From an uncultured delta proteobacterium (GTDB lineage Bacteria; Myxococcota_A; Polyangia; Fen-1088), in NCBI GenBank assembly GCA_963737265.1, contig CAVTRY010000011.1, forward strand, positions 736,001-800,000: DNA of 64,000 bases. The letters are read 5' to 3'. Shown here in pieces: positions 32,876 through 46,477 of this stretch. Made by a program: the position numbers and the translations under genes. The notes beneath the pieces are model-generated. The model made no database searches. It was not told where the DNA came from and was given only the letters and a program-made list of their open reading frames with translations. Positions within the stretch are counted from its first letter, which is position 1. Every line of letters starts with the position of its first letter.

Positions 32876-33892
32876 ATGTCAGAGAATGCTCTCTATAAGG
32901 AAATCGGGCTCGTCAATACCAAATCCATGTTCAAGGCGGCCATGGCGGGCAAGTTCGCCGTGCCGGCCTACAACTTCAACAACATGGAGCAACTGCAGGC
33001 CATCGTGCTCGGCTGCGTGGCTTCCGACTCGCCGTTTATCCTGCAAGTCAGCTCGGGCGCGCGCAAGTACGCCGACCAGACTCTGCTGCGCTACATGGCC
33101 CAGGGCGCGGTCGAAATGATCAAGGCAGCCAAGAGCCCGCTCAAGTTCTCCCTGCACCTCGACCACGGCGACACCTTCGAGCTGTGCAAGTCGTGCATCG
33201 AGACCGGCTTCTCGTCGGTCATGATCGACGGCTCGCACCACCCGTACGACAAGAACATCGAAGAGACCCGCAAGGTCGTCGAGTACGCCCACAAGTACGA
33301 CGTCACGGTCGAGGGTGAGCTCGGCGTACTGGCCGGCATCGAGGACGACGTGGTGGCCGCGAAGTCGGTCTACACCCACCCCGACCAGGTGGAAGACTTC
33401 GTCAAGAAGACCGGCGTGGATTCGCTTGCCATCTCCATCGGCACCTCGCACGGCGCCTACAAGTTCAAACCCGCGCAGTGCACGCGCAACAAGGAAGGCG
33501 TCCTCGAGCCCCCGCCCCTCCGCTTCGACATTCTCGAAGAGATCGAGAAGCGCATTCCCGGCTTCCCCATCGTGCTCCACGGCGCGTCGTCGGTGGTGCC
33601 CAAGTACGTCGACATGATCAACCAGTTCGGTGGCAAGCTCGACAACGCGGTCGGCATTCCCGAGGCCCAACTGCGCCGCGCCGCCACCTCCGCCGTGTGC
33701 AAGATCAACATCGACTCCGACGGCCGCCTGGCCATGACTGCCGCCATCCGCAAGGCGTTCGCCGAGAACCCGAAAGAGTTCGACCCGCGCAAATACCTCG
33801 GTCCCGCGCGTGACGAGCTCAAGACCCTCATCATCGAGAAGAACAAAAACGTGCTCGGCTCGGCTGGGCACGGCAAAGAGATCTTCGGCTAA
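32876..33892 (+). CDS. fba: Class II fructose-bisphosphate aldolase
   Basis: HLDHG, SVMIDGS, VEGELG, GTSHGAYK, VLHGASS and KINIDSD motifs; AGGAG RBS. Confidence 0.96.
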   Translation: MSENALYKEIGLVNTKSMFKAAMAGKFAVPAYNFNNMEQLQAIVLGCVASDSPFILQVSSGARKYADQTLLRYMAQGAVEMIKAAKSPLKFSLHLDHGDTFELCKSCIETGFSSVMIDGSHHPYDKNIEETRKVVEYAHKYDVTVEGELGVLAGIEDDVVAAKSVYTHPDQVEDFVKKTGVDSLAISIGTSHGAYKFKPAQCTRNKEGVLEPPPLRFDILEEIEKRIPGFPIVLHGASSVVPKYVDMINQFGGKLDNAVGIPEAQLRRAATSAVCKINIDSDGRLAMTAAIRKAFAENPKEFDPRKYLGPARDELKTLIIEKNKNVLGSAGHGKEIFG

Positions 33893-33915
33893 TCGAACGA
33901 AGCTGCGGATTCGAC

Positions 33916-33951
33916 AAAGGGCACGGACGGGGCGACCTGACCGTGCCCTTT
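33916..33951 (+). terminator. Hairpin downstream of fba, probable terminator
   Basis: AAAGGGCACGG (33916-33926) pairs with CCGTGCCCTTT (33941-33951). Confidence 0.6.
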
Positions 33952-33991
33952 GCGCCCTTTGTGTCCTTTGTGTCCTTTGTGTCCTTTGTGT
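33947..33991. repeat. 9-bp tandem repeat (CCTTTGTGT)n, about 5 units
   Basis: cctttgcgc cctttgtgt cctttgtgt cctttgtgt cctttgtgt, continuing from the hairpin's right arm. Confidence 0.85.
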
Positions 33992-34131
33992 AGAGGGACT
34001 GTGTAGAGGGACTAGACGGATGCATGCAGAAACCCTAGAGTGCTGAGATGGCTTGGCGTGTAGGCGGGTGTGGTTTCCAGAAGAATCTCGGTTATCGGGA
34101 CATTTTGCGGATGCGATCCAGTGGAGGAAAA

Positions 34132-35610
34132 ATGGCGCTCAAAATGACTGGCCACTCTTTGCTAACAATGGCGCTGATCGCTGCGGGGTGTGGAACATCC
34201 GCAGTTCACAGTCCTGATGCCGGAACGCAGGAGTCTGGAGGTCGAGGAGGCGGAGCGGCCGGAGGTGGCGCGGGAGCCGGTGGAGCGAGTGGCCAAGCGG
34301 GGTCGGGCGGAGCCGGCCGGACCGGTGGCGCCGCAGGATCGGGCGGCGTTCTGGCTTCGGGTGGCGCCGCTGGCGCCTCTGGATCGGGCGGCGTTCTAGC
34401 TTCGGGTGGCGCCGCTGGATCGGGCGGCGTTCTAGCTTCAGGTGGCGCCGGTGGCACGTCGGGGTCGGGAGGAGCTGGCCGGACCGGTGGTGCCGCAGGA
34501 GCGGGCGGCGCGCTAGCTTCGGGTGGGACCAGTGGCGGCGCAGGAGCGGGCGGCGTTCTAGCTTCGGGCGGCGCCAGCGGCGCGCCGGGAGCCGGCGGCG
34601 GTGGCGGCGGTACCACGAGCGAGAATCCGCTCAGCTGCGCACCCGGCGGCCCAGGGATGACCAACTGCGGTGCTAGTGGCAAAGGCACGGAAAGCTGCTG
34701 TACGAGCCTGCTTGTCGCAGGGGGCACGTTCTATCGAAGCTTCGACAATGTGACCTACACGGATAAGAGCCATCCGGCGACGGTCAGCGACTTTCGGCTC
34801 AACAAATACGAAATCACCGTTGGACGATTTCGCCAGTTCGTGAGCGCATGGGTCGCAGGGTGGCGGCCTACGGCTGGCTCGGGCAAGCACACCCATCTGA
34901 ACACCAGCAAAGGTTTGAGCACCACGCAGAATGGCTACGAGACTGGGTGGGATCCGAGCTGGAACGGCCTTTTTCCGAAGTCAGTTGCTGAATGGAACAG
35001 CGATCTGGTGCAATGGGGAGGCACATGGACGCCATCGCCGGGTGCGAACGAGAACCAGCCCGTGGGCAACCAGTCCTGGTATGACGCCTATGCGTTTTGC
35101 ATATGGGACGGCGGCTTCCTGCCGAGCGAGGCCGAGTGGAACTATGCTGCCGCGGGAGGCGGCGGCCCCACCGGCCAGCGGGTGTTCCCCTGGTCGACCC
35201 CACCGACGAGCACCACGGACGACTGCGCGCATGCGAACTATGCGCACTATCTGGCGGGAACGTCAACACCCCCGGGATCGCAAGTGTGCGCTTCGGCGGA
35301 CTGCAATGGCGGGTGCCTCACGGAGCTTCCGAACAATGTTGGATCGGAGTCTCCCCTGGGGGACGGAGCCTATGGTCAAACAGATCTCGCCGGCAACATG
35401 GAGGAGTGGGTGCTCGATGTCTCCGCCTCGTACGTCACACCATGCGTCGATTGCGTCAATCTAGCCACGGGTTCCGGGCGAGCGTGTCGCGGCGGCGGCT
35501 GGAGCGCGGACGCGACTCGGAATGGCAACTTGCGTATCTCCTCTCGTTGGAACTTCGGGCCGGAGAGCCGCTACAACGACATGGGGTCCCGCTGCGCAAG
35601 GACGCCGTGA
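34132..35610 (+). CDS. Lipoprotein with Gly-rich linker and SUMF1/FGE-sulfatase-family domain
   Basis: IAAGC lipobox; KYEITVGRF, GFLPSEAEWNYAA, DLAGNMEEW, RGGGW and GSRCAR motifs. Confidence 0.88.
   Translation: MALKMTGHSLLTMALIAAGCGTSAVHSPDAGTQESGGRGGGAAGGGAGAGGASGQAGSGGAGRTGGAAGSGGVLASGGAAGASGSGGVLASGGAAGSGGVLASGGAGGTSGSGGAGRTGGAAGAGGALASGGTSGGAGAGGVLASGGASGAPGAGGGGGGTTSENPLSCAPGGPGMTNCGASGKGTESCCTSLLVAGGTFYRSFDNVTYTDKSHPATVSDFRLNKYEITVGRFRQFVSAWVAGWRPTAGSGKHTHLNTSKGLSTTQNGYETGWDPSWNGLFPKSVAEWNSDLVQWGGTWTPSPGANENQPVGNQSWYDAYAFCIWDGGFLPSEAEWNYAAAGGGGPTGQRVFPWSTPPTSTTDDCAHANYAHYLAGTSTPPGSQVCASADCNGGCLTELPNNVGSESPLGDGAYGQTDLAGNMEEWVLDVSASYVTPCVDCVNLATGSGRACRGGGWSADATRNGNLRISSRWNFGPESRYNDMGSRCARTP
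34336..34575 (+). repeat. Intragenic repeats encoding G(S/A)GG(V/A)LASGG(A)
   Basis: About 5 copies of GGATCGGGCGGCGTTCTAGCTTCGGGTGGCGCC-like units. Confidence 0.8.
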
Positions 35611-35741
35611 CGACGTCGCCGTTCAGGGCGAACAGGACCTGCCCCACAGTCTGACTCGTCTTCGACCGTTTCCACATCGAGCACCGCCTCGCCGATGCAG
35701 TCGACCAGGTCCGCAAGGCCAATCGCATCCTCCTTGTGTCG

Positions 35742-36089
35742 CTACCCCTTCGGCCGCGCCTCAGGATGCTCGTCCAGAAATGCTTGACGGCTCTCGCGCG
35801 AAATCTCGACTACGTACGAACGATCTTTCAGCAATTGCGATTGGCAGCCCAGGCGAGAATTAGCGCGCACGTCGAAGGCTTTGTCGAGGATATCCCCCTC
35901 GCCGTCTTCCATGGCGGAGACGTCGTCGCCACCCTGTTTAATGTAGACGTGGCAAGTGGAGCAAGCACACACGCCGCCGCAGGCGGAGCCGAGTTGCGCC
36001 CCGGCTCGCTCGGCGGCATCGCGAATGGTCGTGCCCACTGGCACCTCGGCCTCGATGCCGTCGGGCTCGAAGCGGATTCGTGCCGTCAT
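35742..36089 (-). CDS. fdx: ISC-type [2Fe-2S] ferredoxin
   Basis: CGGVCACSTCH and SRLGCQ motifs; last gene of the isc operon. Confidence 0.92.
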   Translation of the reverse strand: MTARIRFEPDGIEAEVPVGTTIRDAAERAGAQLGSACGGVCACSTCHVYIKQGGDDVSAMEDGEGDILDKAFDVRANSRLGCQSQLLKDRSYVVEISRESRQAFLDEHPEARPKG

Positions 36090-36099
36090 TTCTTGCCAG

Positions 36100-38014
36100 T
36101 CATTTCTTGCCGATTCTTCGCTCGACCGAGTCCACAGCCAGGCCGCGCACGTTTTGCTCAAGCGCGGAGTTCATCCGCCGCCGCGCGAATTCCTTGCAGG
36201 TTTCGTCGAGCGCCTGGATGGCGGCGCGAATCGCCAGATGGTTGGTCGCGGACTTGGCCGACTCCAAGGCCGTCATCGCGGCTTCGATGGCTTCGCGTTC
36301 GCCCTCCACCAGCAAATCGGCAGAGGTAGCCAGCGCGACCTGTGTCGCGTTCAGGATGCGATCGGCCTCCACACGCTCCACCGTAAGCAGACGCGCACCC
36401 ATGTCCTCGTCCGCGTGATCGAAGGAATCGCGAATCATGCGCTCGACCTCGTCGTCGGTCAGGCCGTAGCTCGGCTTGACCCGAATCTCGGTCTGCTTGC
36501 CGGTGCGCTCTTCCTGCGCGGAAACGCTCAGGATGCCGTCGGCGTCCACAGTGAAGGTGACTGTCAGTTGCGCCAGGCCGGCGGTCATGGGGGGGATTCC
36601 GCCCAACTTGAAGCGCGCCAGCGAGCGACAATCGGCGACCAATTCGCGTTCGCCCTGCACGACGTGCAGATCGAAAGCAGTCTGGTTGTCGGCGTAGGTC
36701 GTGAAGGTCTGAACCGCGCCGCAGGGAATGGTGGTATTGCGGTGGACAAGCTTCTCGGTCACGCCGCCCATCATTTCCAAGCCCAGCGACAACGGAACTA
36801 CGTCCATTAGCACGACGTCCTGGCGGCCGCCGCTGGCCAGCAGATCCGCCTGCACCGCCGCGCCGAGCGCCACGACCTCGTCGGGATCGATGTCGGCCAG
36901 CGGCTGCTTGCCGAAAAGCTCGGCGACGAATCGACGAACGATCGGCATGCGCGTGGCGCCGCCGACCAGAATCACGCCGGACAATTTCGCTACGGCGAGG
37001 CCGGCATCACGAATCGCGCGACCGACCGGTGGACCGCAGCGGTTCGAGCACCGGGCGCACCAGTTCGTCGAGGTCGGTGCGGGTCAGGCGCCCTTCGCAA
37101 GTCCCGCCGCCGGGGAGCTCGATAGCGACTGTGGTTTCGTTTGCCGTGGTGAGCGCTTCCTTGGCGGCGCGCGCGGCATCGAGCAGCGCCCGCACCAGCG
37201 CGGGATCGCCGCCGGCATCGGCGGGCAAGCCCATCGCGCGCAAAAGGTGCTCCGCCACGGCTCGATCGAAATCATCGCCCCCCAGGGCGGAATCGCCGCC
37301 GGTCGACTTCACCTCGAAAACGCCACCGGCTAGCTTCAGGACGGAAATATCGAATGTGCCGCCGCCCAGGTCGAACACCGCGAAGGTCCCCTCGGCCTGC
37401 TTGTCGAGGCCGTAAGCAAGCGCGGCCGCGGTCGGTTCGTTGAGCAGGCGCATGACTTCGAGGCCCGCCAGTCGCCCCGCATCGCGCGTGGCTTGGCGCT
37501 GGCCATCGTCGAAATACGCCGGCACGGTGATGACCACGCCGTCGAGCTCACCGCCCAACGCCGCCTCGGCGCGCGCCTTGAGAACGCGCAGGATCTCCGC
37601 CGAGACTTCCACCGGCGTCACGCTTCGCATGCCACCCGACACGGCAAAGCGAACCACGGAATCGCCCGCGTTGCCGGGCACGAAACGGTATGGAGTCAGT
37701 TGGCGCGTGGCCTCGGCGTCGTCGGGGCCGCGGCCCATGAACCGCTTGACCGATGCGATGGTGTCGTGGGGCGCGCCGGCAGCCAGCGCGCGCGCCGTCT
37801 GGCCCACCACGACAGCACCGTCGGCGCCATAGTGGACCACCGAAGGCAGCAACGCACCGTCGTCATCGCGCAAACACACAGGCTGCCCCGCCTGAACCAC
37901 CGCGACCAGCGAATTGGTCGTTCCGAGATCGATGCCAACCGCCCTCCCCTTGCAGACCGTCTTGCTGTGCGCTTCGCCGGGTTCGGAAATACTGAACAGC
38001 GCCTCAACCGGCAT
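36100..38014 (-). CDS. hscA: Fe-S chaperone HscA (Hsp70 family); one +1 frameshift at about 37041
   Basis: [25 protein letters not shown] and VKPSYGL motifs; deleting one C in CTCGAA(C)CGC restores [18 protein letters not shown]. Confidence 0.92.
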
Positions 38015-38672
38015 GGCCGCCCGTTTCTTTCCCCCGCGCTATTCCATCTTCGACAACGACGCGAGCTTCGTCGAGAAAGCGCCGGTAGTAGCGGACAGTC
38101 ACCAGGCGTGCCGAGATCGTTGCCAGATCGGTAGGCGTGGCGGCGAATGCCTTTGCCACATCCGCCATCACGGTGTCCAAGCGGTCGCGGACCTTGACAG
38201 CCAGCGCTTCGGCCTCACCGAAATCTCGGGCCGCGTGCGCCTCGGCGAGCGCTTCGCGCAATTCGAGCGCTTCCATGAGCAGAACCTGCGGCACCGGCAG
38301 CGTGGCGGGCTCGCCGGACTGAGCCGGTCTGCCGGTCGTCACGATTTCGCCCATAGCAATGCCGTGGAGCGATAGCAAATACTCTGCGCGCCGGACTGGG
38401 TCGACCAAGGTCCGCCAAGCTTCGTTGAGTTGCACCGACCGCTCCAGCGACGCGCGACGGGCCTGACCATCGGCGCGCGCAAAGCGATCCGGATGCAGCA
38501 CCTTGGTCGCTTCCTTGTAGCGCTTCTCCAGATCTTCGACGTCGAGGGAAAACATGCGCGGAATGCCGAGGACGCGAAAGTAGTCCGCCTTGGCATCCGG
38601 AGGCTGCACGGCGTTGCAGTGCGCGCATAGCATTCCATCGCCGGCGGCCTTCTGGCAGGACCAGCAGATCAT
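38004..38672 (-). CDS. hscB: Fe-S co-chaperone HscB
   Basis: N-terminal CWSC..CAHC, J-domain [18 protein letters not shown]. Confidence 0.93.
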   Translation of the reverse strand: MICWSCQKAAGDGMLCAHCNAVQPPDAKADYFRVLGIPRMFSLDVEDLEKRYKEATKVLHPDRFARADGQARRASLERSVQLNEAWRTLVDPVRRAEYLLSLHGIAMGEIVTTGRPAQSGEPATLPVPQVLLMEALELREALAEAHAARDFGEAEALAVKVRDRLDTVMADVAKAFAATPTDLATISARLVTVRYYRRFLDEARVVVEDGIARGKETGGHAG

Positions 38673-38685
38673 CGCGTCACCATCG

Positions 38686-39021
38686 CTAGAACTGAACGCT
38701 CTCGCCGCAGCTGCAGGTCGACTTCACGTTGGGGTTCACCCACTTGAATCCGCTGGCCATCAACGTGCTGGCGAAATCCAGCGTCGATCCGTCGAGAAAA
38801 GCGAAGCTCTTGGGATCGACGAACACCTTTACCTGGTCGTTTTCAAAGGAAAGCACGCGGTCCTCAGGACGCGAATCCAGGTCCGACCATTCGAAGAGAT
38901 AGGAAAACCCGGTGCAGCCGCCGCCGCGAATACCCACACGCAGGCCCTTGGCTGGCGTGGCGCGCTTGGCCGCCGCGCCCCTGATGGCCTGGATTGCTTT
39001 CTCGGTCACTTGAATCGCCAT
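38686..39021 (-). CDS. iscA: A-type Fe-S carrier IscA
   Basis: GGGCTG and NPN..TCSCGES motifs; GGAGG RBS. Confidence 0.94.
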   Translation of the reverse strand: MAIQVTEKAIQAIRGAAAKRATPAKGLRVGIRGGGCTGFSYLFEWSDLDSRPEDRVLSFENDQVKVFVDPKSFAFLDGSTLDFASTLMASGFKWVNPNVKSTCSCGESVQF

Positions 39022-39065
39022 GTGATTTCCTCCTGTCGCCTTAGCTTCTCGTCCTGGCTTCGGCC

Positions 39066-39467
39066 TCACGCCGCGCTCTGGGATTTCTCTTCTTGCTTCC
39101 TGCGATAGTCGGCGATGGCGCCTTTGATGGCGTCTTCGGCCAGCACGGAACAGTGGATCTTCACTGGCGGTAGACTCAGTTCTTGCACAATCTGCGTGTT
39201 CTTCACCGCCATGGCCTGATCGATGGTCATGCCCTTGATCCACTCGGTTGCCAGCGATGACGATGCGATGGCCGAACCGCAACCGAAGGTCTTGAACTTG
39301 GCGTCCTCGATGACGCCCTCGCCGCTGACCTTGATTTGCAGCTTCATCACGTCGCCACACGCCGGTGCCCCCACCAGCGCCGTGCCCACGTTGGGCTCGG
39401 CGGGATCGAGGCTGCCGACGTTGCGGGGATTTTCATAGTGCTCGATGACTTTGTCGCTGTATGCCAT
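39066..39467 (-). CDS. iscU: Fe-S scaffold IscU
   Basis: HYENPRNVG, PACGD, FGCGSAIAS and LPPVKIHCS motifs. Confidence 0.97.
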   Translation of the reverse strand: MAYSDKVIEHYENPRNVGSLDPAEPNVGTALVGAPACGDVMKLQIKVSGEGVIEDAKFKTFGCGSAIASSSLATEWIKGMTIDQAMAVKNTQIVQELSLPPVKIHCSVLAEDAIKGAIADYRRKQEEKSQSAA

Positions 39468-39497
39468 GACGTACTTCCTCTGTTCACAATCGAAAAA

Positions 39498-40715
39498 CTA
39501 GTGGCTCCCCCATTGGATGCCCTTGATGTCCACCCCGGACTGCGCCAGCTCCCACAGGGGCGACATGTCACGCAATTTCTTTACTTTCGCGGTGACCAAG
39601 TCGATGACGTAGTCGACTTCTTCCTGGGTGGTGAAGCGGCCGAGGCCGAAGCGAATCGACGTGTGCGCCATTTCCTCGGGCACGCCAATCGCGCGCAACA
39701 CATAGGACGGTTCGAGCGAGGCCGACGTGCATGCCGAACCCGACGACACCGCCACTTCCTTGAGCGCCATCATCATGGCCTCGCCCTCGACGAAGGCGAA
39801 GCTGAGGTTGAGATTGCCAGGCAGCCGGTGTTCGAGCGAGCCGTTGAGAACTGTGTTCGGAACGCCGCGCCTCGATACCCTTGCGCAGGCGTTCGCGCAG
39901 CGCGAGCACGCGCGCGCTTTCCTCGACCATTTCCAGCCGGCACAGCTCCGCGGCTTTGCCAAAGCCAACGATGCCAGGCACGTTGAGCGTGCCCGAGCGC
40001 ATGCCGCGTTCGTGCCCGCCGCCATCAATGATGGGGGTCACGCGCACGCGCGGCTTGCGGCGCACGTAGAGCGCGCCGATGCCCTTGGGGCCGTACATCT
40101 TGTGCGCCGACAGCGACACGAGATCCGCGTTGCTGCGATTCACGTCGAAAGGAATCTTGCCGACGCCCTGAACCGCGTCAATGTGGAAGAACGAGCCTTG
40201 CGCCTTTGACCAGGGCGCCGATCTCCTCCACCGGATTGATGGTGCCGATCTCGTTGTTGGCCAGCATGATCGATACCAGCATGGTCTTGTCGGTCAGTGC
40301 CGCCGCCACGGCCTCGGGATTCACCCGGCCATCGCGGTCGACGGGTAGATAGGTGACGACCTAGCCTTGCTTCTCCAGGCGCTTGCAGGTGTCGAGCACC
40401 GCCTTGTGTTCGGTCATCGCGGTGATGATGTGGCTGCCGCGATCCTTGTAGAACTCGGCCACGCCCTTGATGGCCAAATTGTCCGATTCGGTCGCGCCGG
40501 ATGTCCAGACAATCTCCTTGCCCACGGCGCCGATGAGCTTCGCGACTTCCTCGCGCGCCCGTTCTCACCGCTTCTTCGGCGTGCCAGCCAAATGAATGCG
40601 ACCGGCTGGCGGCATTGCCGAAATCCTCGCGAAAGTATGGCAGCATGGCATCTAGCACCCGAGGATCGACGGGCGTGGTCGCGTGGTAATCCATGTAAAT
40701 GGGCAGCTTTGGCAT
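39498..40715 (-). CDS. iscS: Cysteine desulfurase IscS, disrupted in this sequence by three +1 insertions and one in-frame TAG
   Basis: [27 protein letters not shown] and SSGSACTS motifs spread over three frames; insertions near 40566, 40205 and 39867; TAG at 40361-40363. Confidence 0.92.
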
Positions 40716-41218
40716 CAGGGACTCGTGGTTTTGGAGATTCCGTCCACTAACAGGGGCACCTCGCGATCCGGCCCTTGATTCTTGCAAGAGCAGCACTCGT
40801 TCTGGCCCTGGTCGGGACTGCAGGAGCGACATCGTTCGAGATAAGCCAGGCTGTCGGCCAACTCGTCGGCCAGGCGCGAAAGGCGCTCGATCGTTTCGCG
40901 CGTTTCGTGCAACTTGTCGGAAAAAATCTCGCGCACCGTCGCCATGGCCTCGGGAGCGGTGGCGCTGTCTTCCCAGACTCGCAGGAAGGCTTTGATTTCA
41001 GTCAGCGAGAAGCCCATATACTGGAGCTTCTGAATCCACTCGATCCGCTTCACGCCGTCGCCCGAATACATGCGAAAGCCGCCCTTCGAGCGCAGCGGGT
41101 GTGAAAGGAGGCCCAGCTCCTCGTAAAGATGAATGGCGCGGACGGTCTTGCCGGTTTGGCGCGCAAGGTCGCCAACCTTCAGAAGCGTTTTCCTGCCTAT
41201 TTCTCGTTCGATCGCCAT
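40715..41218 (-). CDS. MerR-family transcriptional regulator with Cys-rich C-terminus
   Basis: [37 protein letters not shown]; C-terminal CRSC-x8-CCSC; TGA overlaps the iscS ATG. Confidence 0.9.
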   Translation of the reverse strand: MAIEREIGRKTLLKVGDLARQTGKTVRAIHLYEELGLLSHPLRSKGGFRMYSGDGVKRIEWIQKLQYMGFSLTEIKAFLRVWEDSATAPEAMATVREIFSDKLHETRETIERLSRLADELADSLAYLERCRSCSPDQGQNECCSCKNQGPDREVPLLVDGISKTTSP

Positions 41219-41243
41219 ACTCGAATTCTTACGTATAGGTACG

Positions 41244-41273
41244 AGTTATGAGACAGGCCAGCGTAACTGTCAA
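41244..41273 (-). promoter_or_regulatory. Putative promoter/operator of the merR-isc operon
   Basis: Minus strand TTGACA (41273-41268) with dyad GACAG-N10-CTGTC, overlapping dyad AGTTA-N15-TAACT, and a CATAAC -10-like element at 17 nt. Confidence 0.55.
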
Positions 41274-41313
41274 GGCGAATTCGATCGCAGGCGCGGCGCA
41301 GAGCGAGACTGTC

Positions 41314-43074
<1,761 letters not shown>

Positions 43075-43245
43075 TCCCGACCTACAACGGCAGATCCCCG
43101 ACCCGGCTTGATGGTCGCGCTCTCGGCCGTCCGGTGAATCCGCGTTCGTCGGAGATCCGACACCGCTTTCCGTGCACGAACGGCAAATGTCGGCGCACGC
43201 CTGAAGTTTCCCGATCCCCCTGCCGATGGACGAAATGAGGGGGAA

Positions 43246-43791
43246 ATGACCTACCAAATGAGAGATGTCCGATTGTTCGAGTCGTTTTCCGATCCGGATC
43301 GCGCCGACCTCGTTCAGTTCATGCACGAGAGACACTACGCGGTCGGGGAAGTCGTGTGTACGCGCGGCGAGCCAGGTCACACGATGATGGTGATCGTCGA
43401 GGGGTCGCTGTCGGTGGTGGTACCGGGCAAGGATAACCAGCCGAGCGAAATCGCCCGCCTCGCTCAGGGCGCCGTTTTGGGCGAGATGTTTTGCATCGAC
43501 CCGGCGCCGCGCCCGGTGACCGTGATGGCGAACGAGCCGGCCACGGTTCTGGAGCTAGGCCGCGACGATCTCACCAAGATGCGCCAGGATGCTCCGCGCG
43601 CGGCTGCCGCGCTCATTGGCGCTGTCTTCCGCGAAGTCCTGCGCCGCATGCGACGGGTGGATGACCGTGTCGAGCGCGAGCAGTTTGCCGAGGACACGCG
43701 CGATTTAAACCCGGGCTCGATTCGCGCCAAGGGCTCAATCGTGCCAGGACCGTGGGAGGCGTGCTTCGCGCGCTTGCGGGGTTCGGCTTGA
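43246..43791 (+). CDS. Cyclic-nucleotide-binding domain protein (no HTH)
   Basis: [18 protein letters not shown] and PRPVTV motifs; GAGG RBS. Confidence 0.85.
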   Translation: MTYQMRDVRLFESFSDPDRADLVQFMHERHYAVGEVVCTRGEPGHTMMVIVEGSLSVVVPGKDNQPSEIARLAQGAVLGEMFCIDPAPRPVTVMANEPATVLELGRDDLTKMRQDAPRAAAALIGAVFREVLRRMRRVDDRVEREQFAEDTRDLNPGSIRAKGSIVPGPWEACFARLRGSA

Positions 43792-44318
43792 GCGATTCAG
43801 AGACCGCTGCGACTACCGACGGTTGCGCGATTTTGGAAACAGCAATTCTCGTTCGGGCCGGGCGCACGCGAGCCATGCCGGCCCTGTCCGTTCTTTGCCA
43901 GGAAGGCCAAGTCACCGACCTCTGTTTCGTCGTGACGGCGGGAAATGTCGAAATCGCAAAGACCATCGCGGGAAGAAGCCGCGCCCTCTCGACCTTGGGA
44001 CCGGGAAGTATTCTGGCCCTCATGGCCGCTCTCGACGGCGCGCCTTGTTCGGTGTCGATGCGAACCCTGGCCGACGCCACCGTGGTCGAGATTACGCGCG
44101 ACTGTTTGCTTGGCCTGCTCGACGTCGACCAAAATTCCAATCCAGCCGCAGTGCACCAGCTAGCCCTGCTCGGCATTCGCCATCTGCGCGGCGCCACCGA
44201 CGATCTAGCGCGCGCCCTTTGCCATGCGCTGGGCTCGTCCGGGCAAGAAGGTCACTTCGATCCCTTGGAGCTGGCGAGGGTGCAGACAAGAACGAACGCC
44301 TGGGTCGCGGCCGGCTAG
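43788..44318 (+). CDS. Second, degenerate cyclic-nucleotide-binding domain protein
   Basis: LCQEGQ, GNVEIAK and [21 protein letters not shown]; TTG start overlaps the upstream TGA. Confidence 0.7.
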   Translation: MSDSETAATTDGCAILETAILVRAGRTRAMPALSVLCQEGQVTDLCFVVTAGNVEIAKTIAGRSRALSTLGPGSILALMAALDGAPCSVSMRTLADATVVEITRDCLLGLLDVDQNSNPAAVHQLALLGIRHLRGATDDLARALCHALGSSGQEGHFDPLELARVQTRTNAWVAAG

Positions 44319-44467
44319 CATCGAGGTGTCGGCCGGCCCAGGGCCCTGGCACAGGCATGGAAGCGGCAGACAATGCCGCCCCAATGCCGACAATGGCGGC
44401 TAGGAATTCCCGCGCCCGCGTGCTAGCAAACTTCGCGCTAGAGAAGCTTGCCCAGGAGTACCGAGCA

Positions 44468-46473
<2,006 letters not shown>

Positions 46474-46477
<4 letters not shown>

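Noticed and set aside
35611-35741. Possible iscX or small ORF after fdx
   Set aside because: No IscX-like sequence; AAGGAGG abuts the ATG with no spacing; the open frames run antisense into the FGE gene
38600-38672. CxxC...CxxC at the HscB N-terminus as a novelty
   Set aside because: A tetracysteine metal-binding N-terminal domain is already known in a subset of HscB proteins
40361-40363. Amber recoding (pyrrolysine or readthrough) in iscS
   Set aside because: The gene also has three indels, TAG is used as a normal stop by many genes here, and one substitution gives Tyr or Trp
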